Assembly (NCBI GenBank): GCA_964626665.1
Contig: CAZVGK010000043.1
Location: 1 to 19,162, forward strand
Direction: 5' to 3'
DNA: 19,162 bases
Origin: an uncultured Gemmatimonadota bacterium
Lineage (GTDB): Bacteria; SM23-81; DAOVCL01
Part shown: positions 7,284 to 15,855 of the stretch, one piece after another
Position numbering within the stretch: position 1 is the first letter of the stretch
Layout: each line of letters starts with the position of its first letter
Translations under genes and position numbers: made by a program
The notes under the pieces: model-generated
The model's database searches: none
The model's input: only the letters and a program-made list of their open reading frames with translations
Told to the model about the DNA's origin: nothing

Positions 7284-9959
7284 TTAATCACCTCCACTCA
7301 ACCCCCGGAGGTTGCTCTGCAGCTTCTCCAATTTGGCCCTACCTTCCTCGCCCTTTGACCTTTCCCGGGCGATTATCTCCTGAGGCGCCCTTTTGAGGAA
7401 GTCTCGGTTCATCAACTTCTGCTCCGCCTTCTCCACTAAGGCTTTAATCCTTACTATCTCCCTTTTCAGCTTTTCCCTCTCCTCCCCCAGGTCGATGAGG
7501 CCCTCCAAGGGGAGGAACACCTCTACATCATCTACCACTGCGGTTTTGCTCTCCGCTGGCCTCTTGGCAGCATGATCGAGGATAAGCTCCTCAACCTTGG
7601 CTAAATTGGTGATGTAGCTGGAATTTTGCTCTAAAGAGCTGAGGGTCTCCGCGGCCTCTGGCTTCAGGATGAGCTTGGTCATCTTGCCCGGAGGCACGCC
7701 CAGTTCTGCCCGCATATTCCTTACCGCCACCACTATCCCCTGTAGCTTAGCCATCTCCTTATCCACTCCGGGGACTATCCATTTTTGCTGCAGTGCAGGC
7801 CAGGGGGCAATGGTTATGCTCTTTAGGTCGTCTGGCCAGAGCCAGCGGCTTTTCGGTCTCAATTTCTGCCAGATCTCCTCGGTGATAAAAGGAATAAAGG
7901 GGTGGAGAAGCCGCAGAAGCCCCTCCAAACAGTAAAGGAGTATGGCCTGAACCTCACCCCTTCTCCGCTCCCCGTTCTTTTGATAGAGGGGGAATTTGGA
8001 AAGCTCGATATACCAGTCACAGAAGTCATGCCAGGTGAAGTCGTAGATTAAGTGGGCGGCCTCGTTGAACCTGTATCCCTCTAAGGATGAGTTGATCAGT
8101 TTGATCGTCCGATGGAAGCGGGAGAGTATCCACCTGTCGGCCAAATGTAGGTTTTGTTCCTCTAACTGGGAGTTCTCCTCAGGGAAATCCTGGGTTTGAG
8201 CGAGAATGAAGCGGGAGGCGTTCCAAAGCTTGTTGGCAAAGTTTCTCCCGAGGTGCACTTTCTCCCGAGAGAAGTAGGCATCTTGCCCCTGGGCGGTGAT
8301 CAGGATGATGCTGAACCGCACCGCATCGGCACCGAACTCCTCTATTATTTTGCTGGGATCAGGGGAGTTGCCCAGGGATTTGCTCATCCACCTCCCCTGT
8401 TCATCTAAGACCATCCCGTGGATGTAAACCTGGGGGAAAGGAGCCTTGCCGGTGAACTCGTATCCGGCCATTATCATCCGGGCCACCCAGAAGAAGATTA
8501 TATCATATCCGGAATTCTGGAAGGAGAGAGGATAAAACCGCTGCAGCTCGGCGGTGGTTTCAGGCCAGCCAAAGACGGAAAAAGGCCAGAGCCAGGAGGA
8601 AAACCAGGTATCCAGTACATCCTCCTCCTGGACGAGATCAGAGCTCCCACAGTGGGGACATTGCTGGGGTTTTTCCCCTTGAGGGATTGGTTGCCCGCAG
8701 CTCTGACAATACCAGATGGGGATGCGGTGCCCCCACCAGAGTTGCCTGGAGATGCACCAATCCCTTATGTTATAGAGCCAGTTGAGATAAACCTTTTTCC
8801 ATCTGGGGGGATAGAACTTTATCTCCCCCTTCTCCACGGCCTCGATGGCGGGCTGGGCCAAGGGCTTCATCCTCACAAACCACTGCTCGGAGAGGTAGGG
8901 CTCCACCATCGTGCCACATCTCTGGCAGTGTCCTACGGATATGAGGTGTTCCTCCTCCTTCTCCAAGAGGCCCTGCTCTTTTAAATCCTGCAAAAGCCGG
9001 CGACGACACTCGAACCTGTCCAATCCCTGATAAGGGCCGGCCTCCTCGTTCATTCTCCCGTTTTGATCCATTATCAGAATGGGGGTCAAGCTATGTCTTT
9101 TGCCCATCTCAAAGTCGTTGACATCGTGAGCCGGGGTTACCTTGACCACCCCTGTGCCAAATTTAGGGTCCACAAACTCATCCTCTATGACCTTTAGCTC
9201 CCTTTTGAGGATGGGCAGGATGGGGGTACGATTGAGGAGACCTCTGTGTCTTTGGTCCTGAGGGTTGATGGCTAAGGCCACATCACCTAACAGGGTCTCT
9301 GGCCTGGTAGTGGCCACGGTAACGAATTCATCAGAGCCCTTCAGGGGATACCTGATATACCAGAGCTTGCCCTTGATCTCCTTGTGCTTTGCCTCCTCAT
9401 CGGAGAGGGCAGTGCCGCAGCGGGGACACCAATTGATGATGTAGTTGCTCTTGTAGATCAGCCCCTTTCTGTAAAGCCGTAAGAAGGCCTCCTGTACAGA
9501 CCGAGATAACCCTGCATCAAGGGTGAATCGTTGCCTCTGCCAATCGCAGGAACACCCCAGCCTCTTTAGCTGCTGGATGATCACCTGACCATACTCCTCC
9601 TTCCACTGCCATACCCTCTTTACGAACTCATCCCTTCCTAAATCCCGTCTGGTAAGGCCCTCCTGGACAAGTTTTTTCTCCACCACATTCTGGGTGGCAA
9701 TCCCTGCATGATCAGTGCCTGGAACCCATACGGTTTCATAACCCTGCATTCTCTTCCACCTGACTACTATGTCCTGGGGAACATTGTCTAAGACATGTCC
9801 CATAGTGAGGATACCGGTTATGTTTGGAGGAGGTATGGCTATGGAAAAGCTGGGCTTGGAGGAGTCAGCCCTGGCGTGGAAGAACCCTTGCTCCTCCCAG
9901 AAGTTGTACCACTTTTCCTCGACCTCCTTTGGGTTATATACTTTATCCAGTTCCATCAT
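7284..9959 (-). CDS. valS: Valine--tRNA ligase
   Basis: 891 aa. PPPNITGILTMGH, GTDHAGIATQ, ATTRPET, GTGVVKVTPAHD, DWCISRQLWWGHRIP, DVLDTWFSS, GYDIIFFWV, MSKSLGN, C-terminal coiled coil. Confidence 0.98.
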   Translation of the reverse strand: MMELDKVYNPKEVEEKWYNFWEEQGFFHARADSSKPSFSIAIPPPNITGILTMGHVLDNVPQDIVVRWKRMQGYETVWVPGTDHAGIATQNVVEKKLVQEGLTRRDLGRDEFVKRVWQWKEEYGQVIIQQLKRLGCSCDWQRQRFTLDAGLSRSVQEAFLRLYRKGLIYKSNYIINWCPRCGTALSDEEAKHKEIKGKLWYIRYPLKGSDEFVTVATTRPETLLGDVALAINPQDQRHRGLLNRTPILPILKRELKVIEDEFVDPKFGTGVVKVTPAHDVNDFEMGKRHSLTPILIMDQNGRMNEEAGPYQGLDRFECRRRLLQDLKEQGLLEKEEEHLISVGHCQRCGTMVEPYLSEQWFVRMKPLAQPAIEAVEKGEIKFYPPRWKKVYLNWLYNIRDWCISRQLWWGHRIPIWYCQSCGQPIPQGEKPQQCPHCGSSDLVQEEDVLDTWFSSWLWPFSVFGWPETTAELQRFYPLSFQNSGYDIIFFWVARMIMAGYEFTGKAPFPQVYIHGMVLDEQGRWMSKSLGNSPDPSKIIEEFGADAVRFSIILITAQGQDAYFSREKVHLGRNFANKLWNASRFILAQTQDFPEENSQLEEQNLHLADRWILSRFHRTIKLINSSLEGYRFNEAAHLIYDFTWHDFCDWYIELSKFPLYQKNGERRRGEVQAILLYCLEGLLRLLHPFIPFITEEIWQKLRPKSRWLWPDDLKSITIAPWPALQQKWIVPGVDKEMAKLQGIVVAVRNMRAELGVPPGKMTKLILKPEAAETLSSLEQNSSYITNLAKVEELILDHAAKRPAESKTAVVDDVEVFLPLEGLIDLGEEREKLKREIVRIKALVEKAEQKLMNRDFLKRAPQEIIARERSKGEEGRAKLEKLQSNLRGLSGGD

Positions 9960-10297
9960 CTGAGTATTCTTTTCTGGTGCCGGAAACCAATGGCCAGGAG
10001 AAGAGCCGCGAGGAAGGTAACCAAGGCCCCAATCTTTGGGTTCACAGCGAAGATGGCCGCCCTTTGGGCAAGCTCAAATAGCAACTTTAAGGCTAAAAGG
10101 AAAAGTCCCCCAGAGAGAAGCCCCCAGGCCTTGGCCGATTGGCCGCCCCGGGTGTAGCGATAGAGCTGAATCACCCAACCAAAGGCCAAGCCAATGAAGA
10201 GCAAGGCCAAAATCTCACCTAAAATGGGGAGAAACTCCGCCCCCTCATTTTGGTTTCCCACTACCGCGAAAAGAGGGAATAGGCTAAATAAGTGCAA
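9956..10297 (-). CDS. Small integral membrane protein of unknown function
   Basis: 113 aa, TTG start with AAGGAGGA RBS, 3-4 hydrophobic segments. Stop overlaps the valS start (ATGA). Confidence 0.7.
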   Translation of the reverse strand: MHLFSLFPLFAVVGNQNEGAEFLPILGEILALLFIGLAFGWVIQLYRYTRGGQSAKAWGLLSGGLFLLALKLLFELAQRAAIFAVNPKIGALVTFLAALLLAIGFRHQKRILR

Positions 10298-10307
10298 GTT
10301 TCCTCCT

Positions 10308-11471
10308 TCATTCTAAGGCTCTTTTTATCTCCTCGTCCATAGCTATGAGGCCGAAAGAGGAGGATTTCTCCTCCAGAATTGGGGCCACTTCAGCCTTCAC
10401 CCTCTTTATCGTTTCCCTTTTTATGTTTTTCCCCAGGGTATCCTGCAGTTGGGCTAAGTTTGCCCTGGTGAGGTCGCTCATCCCCTCCAAGAGGAGGTGG
10501 AAACGGATGGGGGGAGGAAAGGACAGGGCTTTGGCCTCTAACAGGCTGAAATCCGGCAAGGAGTCCTCCCGCAGCTTGATCCCGCGGAAAAGCTTAGAAT
10601 ACTTCTTTTTTGTTTTGGTAAACGCATTATTGGCCAGCCTTTTGGCCTGAGGTCCCAGCTTCTTTACTAGCTGGTTTTGTATAATGAGGAAGATCCTTTG
10701 GTAGATGTTTACTACCAGATGGAGGATCGCCGGCTCATCCAGGGCCCCTTCCTTGCTTGGTTTCCCCCCCACCTTCTCTAAAAGGTCAGTGGAAAGGAGG
10801 TCATAGATGGCCTTTGTGGTCAGGTATCCCCCGATCTCGGACTCTTCGACGATCTCCCCTATGGGGCGGTGGCCGTCGATCAGGGGGAGGACCTGAATCT
10901 GGAGTGGGGTAAGGGTAAATTCCTCCTTTTCGGTTTGGAAGAAATCCTTGACCTTAAGGATGGTATGCGGAGGGGGGAGCTTCCTCTGCAACTCAGAGAG
11001 CTCATCCATTCTCTTAGTGCCTTCCATCACCAGGCTCATCACCTCTAAGGGGGGGATAAAATCTCCCGCCGGGGGAAGTTTTCCCTCCTCAAAGGAGAAT
11101 TCTCCCTTGTCCCAGCCAAAGAGGTCATAGATGGACTCCTCTGCCTGGTGTCTCAATAGGCTGGCTATCTCCCCCTCAGGGGCCAGCCCTAATTCAATCA
11201 ATACCCTTCCCAGTCTCTTCCCCCTCTCCCTGCCCACCTTTAGGGCCTTTCCCAAATCGGCCTCGGAGATGATTCCCTTCTTCAGAAGAAGATTCCCCAA
11301 AGACTCTTCCTCCTTAGATGAGGAACTGTGCACCACCTTCCCCTCTTTGAAGGCTATCTCCTTACGGGAATAGTCATTGGATATGGTGAGGGTGCCCGTC
11401 TTTCTCCCTATGCTTAAGAGTTGGAAAAGATCGGGTAGGGAGACCGTTTCTAATTTTCCTTTGATTCCCAT
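10308..11471 (-). CDS. DUF4388 (PatA-N-like) domain protein
   Basis: 387 aa. MGIKGKLETVSLPDLFQLL...KTGTLTI...F.EGKVV, LGNLLLKKGII, LGRVLIELG, DLFGWDKGEFSFEEG, LVMEGTKRMDE, IDGHRPIGEI. Confidence 0.88.
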   Translation of the reverse strand: MGIKGKLETVSLPDLFQLLSIGRKTGTLTISNDYSRKEIAFKEGKVVHSSSSKEEESLGNLLLKKGIISEADLGKALKVGRERGKRLGRVLIELGLAPEGEIASLLRHQAEESIYDLFGWDKGEFSFEEGKLPPAGDFIPPLEVMSLVMEGTKRMDELSELQRKLPPPHTILKVKDFFQTEKEEFTLTPLQIQVLPLIDGHRPIGEIVEESEIGGYLTTKAIYDLLSTDLLEKVGGKPSKEGALDEPAILHLVVNIYQRIFLIIQNQLVKKLGPQAKRLANNAFTKTKKKYSKLFRGIKLREDSLPDFSLLEAKALSFPPPIRFHLLLEGMSDLTRANLAQLQDTLGKNIKRETIKRVKAEVAPILEEKSSSFGLIAMDEEIKRALE

Positions 11472-11477
11472 TGAACT

Positions 11478-11850
11478 TAGCTCCCTACGGTCGCTAACTT
11501 ATGTGCTGGTAGGGCTCCTGCCCTGACGGCCATCCCTATCGTTTCTCTGTGCCGTTCCGTGTTCACCCCGTTAAATAATTTAGAAATAAACATCATCACA
11601 TTCTCAAGATGGCTTTTATTTAACGGGGTTCACCCGTGGTAGGTCTTTTTCGCCCCACCGAGCCGTCAGAACCCCGATTCTGACGGCAAAAGGAGAAGGG
11701 TGGCGATGGGGCTAAAGCCCCAAAGAGGTTACCCAAGCTAAAACCGGGTAGATGGGTAGGGATGGCATTTATATAACTATCCATTCGTGTAGATTCGTCT
11801 ATTCGTGTTATTCGTGTTCTATCCTTTGCAGTTTGTTTCGGATTTCGAAT
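11478..11850. repeat. Repeat mosaic between comEC and the DUF4388 gene
   Basis: gtagggctcctgccctga motif; TCCGTG triad interrupted by the MITE; B hairpin ccgag-ccgtcagaa-ccccga-ttctgacgg-c (11658-11687); ggggctaaagcccc (11708-11721); ATTCGT tandem x4 (11783-11818). Confidence 0.85.
11566..11628. mobile_element. 63-bp MITE-like element, copy 1 (13-bp TIR, TTCA flanking direct repeat)
   Basis: CCCCGTTAAATAA...TTATTTAACGGGG, flanked by TTCA at 11562-11565 and 11629-11632; identical to 14478-14540. Confidence 0.8.
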
Positions 11851-11899
11851 TTTCTTACTGACTTCCCGCCTCGGTGGTTTGCCCATCCCGGGGACTTCA

Positions 11900-14206
11900 C
11901 TAGAAATTACCAAATCTCTTTCCCTTTGTCAAATATTTTCTTAACTCCCACCCCTTCCCGTCGGTAATGATTGTAATTGCCCCCTCTTGCTTGAGGCTAA
12001 GTGCAGTAATCTCCAATGCGGTGAACCTCTCCCTCTCCGCGAAGGAAAAGGAAGGTGTAATTACCAATCGGGGGTGAACCTCTCTGAGGAAGGGGCTGGT
12101 CAATTCCCCCGGATTGGCTGTCTCAATTATGTTGCTCTCTATGGCAATTGGCCTTTGTTGAGCCAATTTTCCCATCCCCCCCAGCAGAAGGAGGTTCATT
12201 TCCCCATAGGTGAGCCTCATTACCAGCCCAGGGGATGAGGGAAGGAATTCCATTCTTACCCCGCCAGGGGAGTTAAGGGAAAATCGCTCCTGGAGGCTAA
12301 AATATGGTATATTCCTGCCCTTTAGTTCCTGGATGAATTCTAAATAGGTGGGAGAGGGGAGAGTTACCCCTGGAGTGATTACCTCCTTTGGCCCATACTC
12401 CCGGAGGATGGGGATAAGGGAAGCGAGGTTTCCTTTCGATTGATTGCTAACCACCAGAAGGTCAACCCTTCTTTTCCCTATGGATTGCAGGTAAGGGATA
12501 ACCACCCTCTCCCCGAAGTTAAATCCCCTCTTCTTCCCCCCTCCATCAATGACAATGGTTCCCCCTCTGGGAAGCTGAACTACCGTTGAGCTTCCCTTCC
12601 CTACAGCCAAAAAGGTTACCTGCAAGTGGGTTTTATCCTTTAATGCTCCCTGCCAGCTAAGGATGTTGGCCAAGCTAAGCCCAATGAGGAGAAGGGATTT
12701 GCGCGCCTTGAGGGACGATTTTATCTGGGCCAGGGGGAGAAGTAAGAGGTAGTAAAAGCCAATTACTACCGGCGGGGGTTGGGGGACGGAGATAGAGGAG
12801 AAGGGAATGCGGGAGAGGAGAACGGTAAGCCAGAGAATGAGCTTGAGGAAGAGCCAGGTGGCCGCTGAGAAAATGTAGCCGAGGTTAGTACTGAGCGTTG
12901 ATGCCGCTGAACTGGCCAGGCCCAGGGCCAGGCTGATTCCCACTAAGGGGATGACCAGGAGGTTGGAGAGGGGGGAGATGAGGGGTATGCGATGGAAGTG
13001 GTAAACAAGTAGGGGAATTATCCCTAATTGGGCGGAGAGGGAGACCAGAAGTGATCCCCAAAGCCATCTTTTGAGGGTCCCTCCTTCCCGCAGAGGCCGG
13101 GGGGAAAGCTCCCGAAACTTTGGATAAAGGTAAACTATGGAGATGGTAGCCAAAAAGGAGAGCTGAAATCCGATGTCAAAAATGGATAGTGGGTTTAAGA
13201 GCAGGATAAGGAGGCCTGCGGCCCCAATGGAGTTGAGCAGGTCTGGCTTTCTCTGCATACAGAGTCCCCAGAGGATGAGCGCCCCCATAATGGATGATCT
13301 GACCACGGAGGGTCGGAATTGAGCTACCCCGCAGTAGGCAACGAGCACCAGGATTGTGGTTCCACTGCTGAACCTGAAGCTCATCCTGAGGGCCCGGAAG
13401 AGGGTGAGGAAAATGGTGATCATCAGTCCCACATGGAGGCCGGATACGGCCAGCACGTGGATTACCCCGGCATCGGTGAAGGTTTTCTGCACCCTTTTGG
13501 ATAGGCCCCTCTTCTCCCCTAAGAGGATGCCTTTTAAAAGGTGCGCCGGATCGCCCTGGAGGTGAGCATCTATGGAGGAGAGGAGAAACCTTCTCAAGGG
13601 GGAAAGGATGTGCCGGCGAATGGGGTTCCCCCCCTGGCCGCGGGTTTTAATTTTTGCGGGGTTTCTGATGGTCATTAACTTAAAGGTGCCGTGCTGGTGG
13701 AGGTAGTGGCGGTAGTCGAACTGCCCAGGGTTGTTTGCCGTGGGGGGAGCGGAGAGCCAACCCTGAAGATTTAGCCGATCCCCATAATGGATGAGGTAAG
13801 GGGGAATTGATGCTTTGACCAGGACCCCCCCTTGGGCGGGGATTCCCCTCCCCCGGAGATGAATCTTCTCTGACTGCAGCTTAAATCTCGTTCTCTGGCC
13901 GTCAAAGTCTGGGTCTGAGGAGACCAGCCCTTCCAAGGTCACGTATCCTGAGCCGATCACCCGGGAGATGTGCTGGAGAGGGAACAACCAGGCCCTAACC
14001 CCATATCTTGTTGCCCCTCCGACCATAAGTGCCAGAAAGATAAGGGGAGTAAGGAAATTACTTCTTTTGAAGTGGGCAAAGAGGGAGAGGAGAGAGAGGA
14101 TGATCAGGGTGAAGAATAGGGTGAGAAGTGGGTAATGGATGTAGCTTCCGCTAATTATCCCTAAGCCGAAGGCTATCCCGGCCTTTAAAGCTGGCTGTTT
14201 CCTCAT
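11900..14206 (-). CDS. comEC: ComEC/Rec2 DNA uptake channel (OB-like domain + Competence domain + degenerate MBL domain)
   Basis: 768 aa. NNPGQFDYRHYL, GILLGEK, AGVIHVLAVSGLHVG, PSVVRSSIM, DIGFQLSFLAT, SNLLVIP, then VTFLAVGKG...VIDGGG...GAITI. Confidence 0.93.
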   Translation of the reverse strand: MRKQPALKAGIAFGLGIISGSYIHYPLLTLFFTLIILSLLSLFAHFKRSNFLTPLIFLALMVGGATRYGVRAWLFPLQHISRVIGSGYVTLEGLVSSDPDFDGQRTRFKLQSEKIHLRGRGIPAQGGVLVKASIPPYLIHYGDRLNLQGWLSAPPTANNPGQFDYRHYLHQHGTFKLMTIRNPAKIKTRGQGGNPIRRHILSPLRRFLLSSIDAHLQGDPAHLLKGILLGEKRGLSKRVQKTFTDAGVIHVLAVSGLHVGLMITIFLTLFRALRMSFRFSSGTTILVLVAYCGVAQFRPSVVRSSIMGALILWGLCMQRKPDLLNSIGAAGLLILLLNPLSIFDIGFQLSFLATISIVYLYPKFRELSPRPLREGGTLKRWLWGSLLVSLSAQLGIIPLLVYHFHRIPLISPLSNLLVIPLVGISLALGLASSAASTLSTNLGYIFSAATWLFLKLILWLTVLLSRIPFSSISVPQPPPVVIGFYYLLLLPLAQIKSSLKARKSLLLIGLSLANILSWQGALKDKTHLQVTFLAVGKGSSTVVQLPRGGTIVIDGGGKKRGFNFGERVVIPYLQSIGKRRVDLLVVSNQSKGNLASLIPILREYGPKEVITPGVTLPSPTYLEFIQELKGRNIPYFSLQERFSLNSPGGVRMEFLPSSPGLVMRLTYGEMNLLLLGGMGKLAQQRPIAIESNIIETANPGELTSPFLREVHPRLVITPSFSFAERERFTALEITALSLKQEGAITIITDGKGWELRKYLTKGKRFGNF

Positions 14207-14217
14207 AATTATAAAAG

Positions 14218-14707
14218 ATGGAAAATAGAAATTGGAAAATGGAAATTCCCCTGACCCGTCAATTGCCCTCCCCGAGCCGTCAGAACCCCGATTCTGACGG
14301 CAAAAGATCTTCCCGTCCCTGAAGGGTCAGATGCCCTCATCTGACCGTAGAGTGGAGAGGTGACAGAATCGGGGTTCTGCCACCTCGATGTAAATAATCT
14401 TTAAACTTTGCGTCCTTTGCGACTTTGCGGTGAATTGTTTGGTTGCGGCTTTGCCGCGCTGTGCCATTCCGTGTTCACCCCGTTAAATAATTTAGAAATA
14501 AACATCATCACATTCTCAAGATGGCTTTTATTTAACGGGGTTTATCCGTGGTGAGTTTTTTCTACCGCACTTTAGTGCGGGCCTTAAGACAATACCAAAA
14601 TCCGCATGCCAAATGACGAAAAAACGAGGGGGAATACCAGGTCCCTATCCCGACGAGGGACGATTATCAATTGCTAATTGCTAATTGATAATTGACAATT
14701 GCTAATT
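14218..14707. repeat. Largest repeat mosaic (comEC to Gx gene spacer)
   Basis: Heptamers 14218-14247; B 14272-14301; C 14324-14347; D 14359-14387; CTTTGCG x3 plus gcggc-ttt-gccgc (14406-14462); TCCGTG triad with MITE; ctaccgcac-ttta-gtgcggg (14562-14581); AATTGYT-type heptamers x5 (14669-14703). Confidence 0.9.
14478..14540. mobile_element. 63-bp MITE-like element, copy 2
   Basis: Identical to 11566-11628; flanked by TTCA (14474-14477) and TTTA (14541-14544). Confidence 0.8.
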
Positions 14708-14715
14708 TCCTCTCT

Positions 14716-15246
14716 TTATCCGTGGTTCTGCCATTCCAAACCAGGAAGTCGGGAGATAATCAACCACCCCAAAAGGCCAACGATGAGCCCTCCACCAAGG
14801 GAGATGAGGGGAATGAGGGGGAGGAGGCCGAATATACCTGCGGCCCGGCCCAAGAGAAGCCAGGCAGCCAATATCTGGGCCAGGTTATGGGCCAGGGCCC
14901 CCCCAATGCTTATCCCCACTATGCTGAAGACCCGGGGGTAGAGGGGGAGGAGGAGAGTCATCACTGAGGTGCTGGCCACCCCTCCAGCCAGGGAGAGGAG
15001 GGAAGCTGGATTAAGGGGACCTCCGAACAGGAAGGAACCTAAAAAGATCCTCATCCCCATAACCAAAAAGGCTTCCCATCCCCCAAAGGTGAGTAGAGCA
15101 AGTAGGGTGGCCAAATTGGCCAATCCCACCCTTCCTAAAGGGAGGGGGATAAGGTTTTCCACGGTATAAAGGGTCAGGCCAAAAGCTACCAAAAGGGAGA
15201 GCCTGGTCAGCTTTTGGGCTCCCTTCCTATGGGGTGATGGAATCAA
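14716..15246 (-). CDS. Gx transporter family / heptaprenyl diphosphate synthase component I-like membrane protein
   Basis: 176 aa, hydrophobic. LYTVENLIPLP, RVGLANL, SLAGG, SIVGISIGGALAHNLAQ; directly follows a NusG-II gene, as is usual for this family. Confidence 0.85.
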   Translation of the reverse strand: MIPSPHRKGAQKLTRLSLLVAFGLTLYTVENLIPLPLGRVGLANLATLLALLTFGGWEAFLVMGMRIFLGSFLFGGPLNPASLLSLAGGVASTSVMTLLLPLYPRVFSIVGISIGGALAHNLAQILAAWLLLGRAAGIFGLLPLIPLISLGGGLIVGLLGWLIISRLPGLEWQNHG

Positions 15247-15589
15247 AATCCCTTTTCCCTTCCACCCTCACTATTACCCTGTTGGGAACGCAGACTATCA
15301 CTTCCCCTGCTCTGCCCTTCTTCCCCATCTTCACACAGAGCTTGTGGGGGCAGGGGGAGTCCACAACCCAGACCTTTCCCCCGGAGATCCTGATATGGTG
15401 TATCCCTAAGGGGCCCTGGGCGGAGATGTTCTCCTCTCCCTTTAAAGGGAATCGGCCCAGTGGCTTCCCATCCGCCTCGATCAGGACCCACTCCCCAGGC
15501 CCTCTGTGGGGGAGAAGGAAAGCGGAGAGGCTCCCAAAAACCAAGAGGCCAATAAGTATTTTGTCGCCTATGGTCAGGGGTTTGGTCAT
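15227..15589 (-). CDS. NusG domain II-containing membrane-anchored protein
   Basis: 120 aa. N-terminal GDKILI-TM segment, GPLG, SPCPHKLCVKMG, IVCVPNRVIVRV. Confidence 0.9.
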   Translation of the reverse strand: MTKPLTIGDKILIGLLVFGSLSAFLLPHRGPGEWVLIEADGKPLGRFPLKGEENISAQGPLGIHHIRISGGKVWVVDSPCPHKLCVKMGKKGRAGEVIVCVPNRVIVRVEGKRDFDSITP

Positions 15590-15599
15590 TTTCTAACAG

Positions 15600-15855
15600 T
15601 TGACAGCGGTCAGCAATCAATTTCTACCCGACTTTAGCCGAGGGTTTCTTTACCACGGAATCCCACGGACTAACACAGAGGAATATCTAAACCTCTCTGG
15701 CTCCGTGAATTTCCGTGCCGCTCCGTGGTAAGAGGTCTTGGGAACTTTCCATTTTCCAATTTCTATTTTCTTATTTTCTTGGATGTGGGTTTGTTTCCGT
15801 GTCCTTCCGTGTTAATCCGTGGTGAGTTGTTATGATTTCCTTATCTATTCGTGTT
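15600..15855. repeat. Repeat mosaic between gmhB and the NusG-II gene
   Basis: ctacccgactttagccgaggg; CACGGA/CACGGA/CACAGA at 15654/15664/15674 paired with TCCGTG at 15702/15712/15722; heptamers 15746-15778; TCCGTG at 15796/15806/15816. Confidence 0.85.

Noticed and set aside
9960-10310. T-box, tRNA or riboswitch upstream of valS or elsewhere
   Set aside because: valS overlaps the upstream ORF; no T-box, tRNA cloverleaf or known riboswitch consensus was recognised by eye in any spacer.
11620-11967. ORFs 11620-11913 (-) and 11752-11967 (+)
   Set aside because: They read through repeat modules. The RQNRGSDGS peptide also appears in the false N-terminal extension of the DUF4139 ORF, showing repeat origin.
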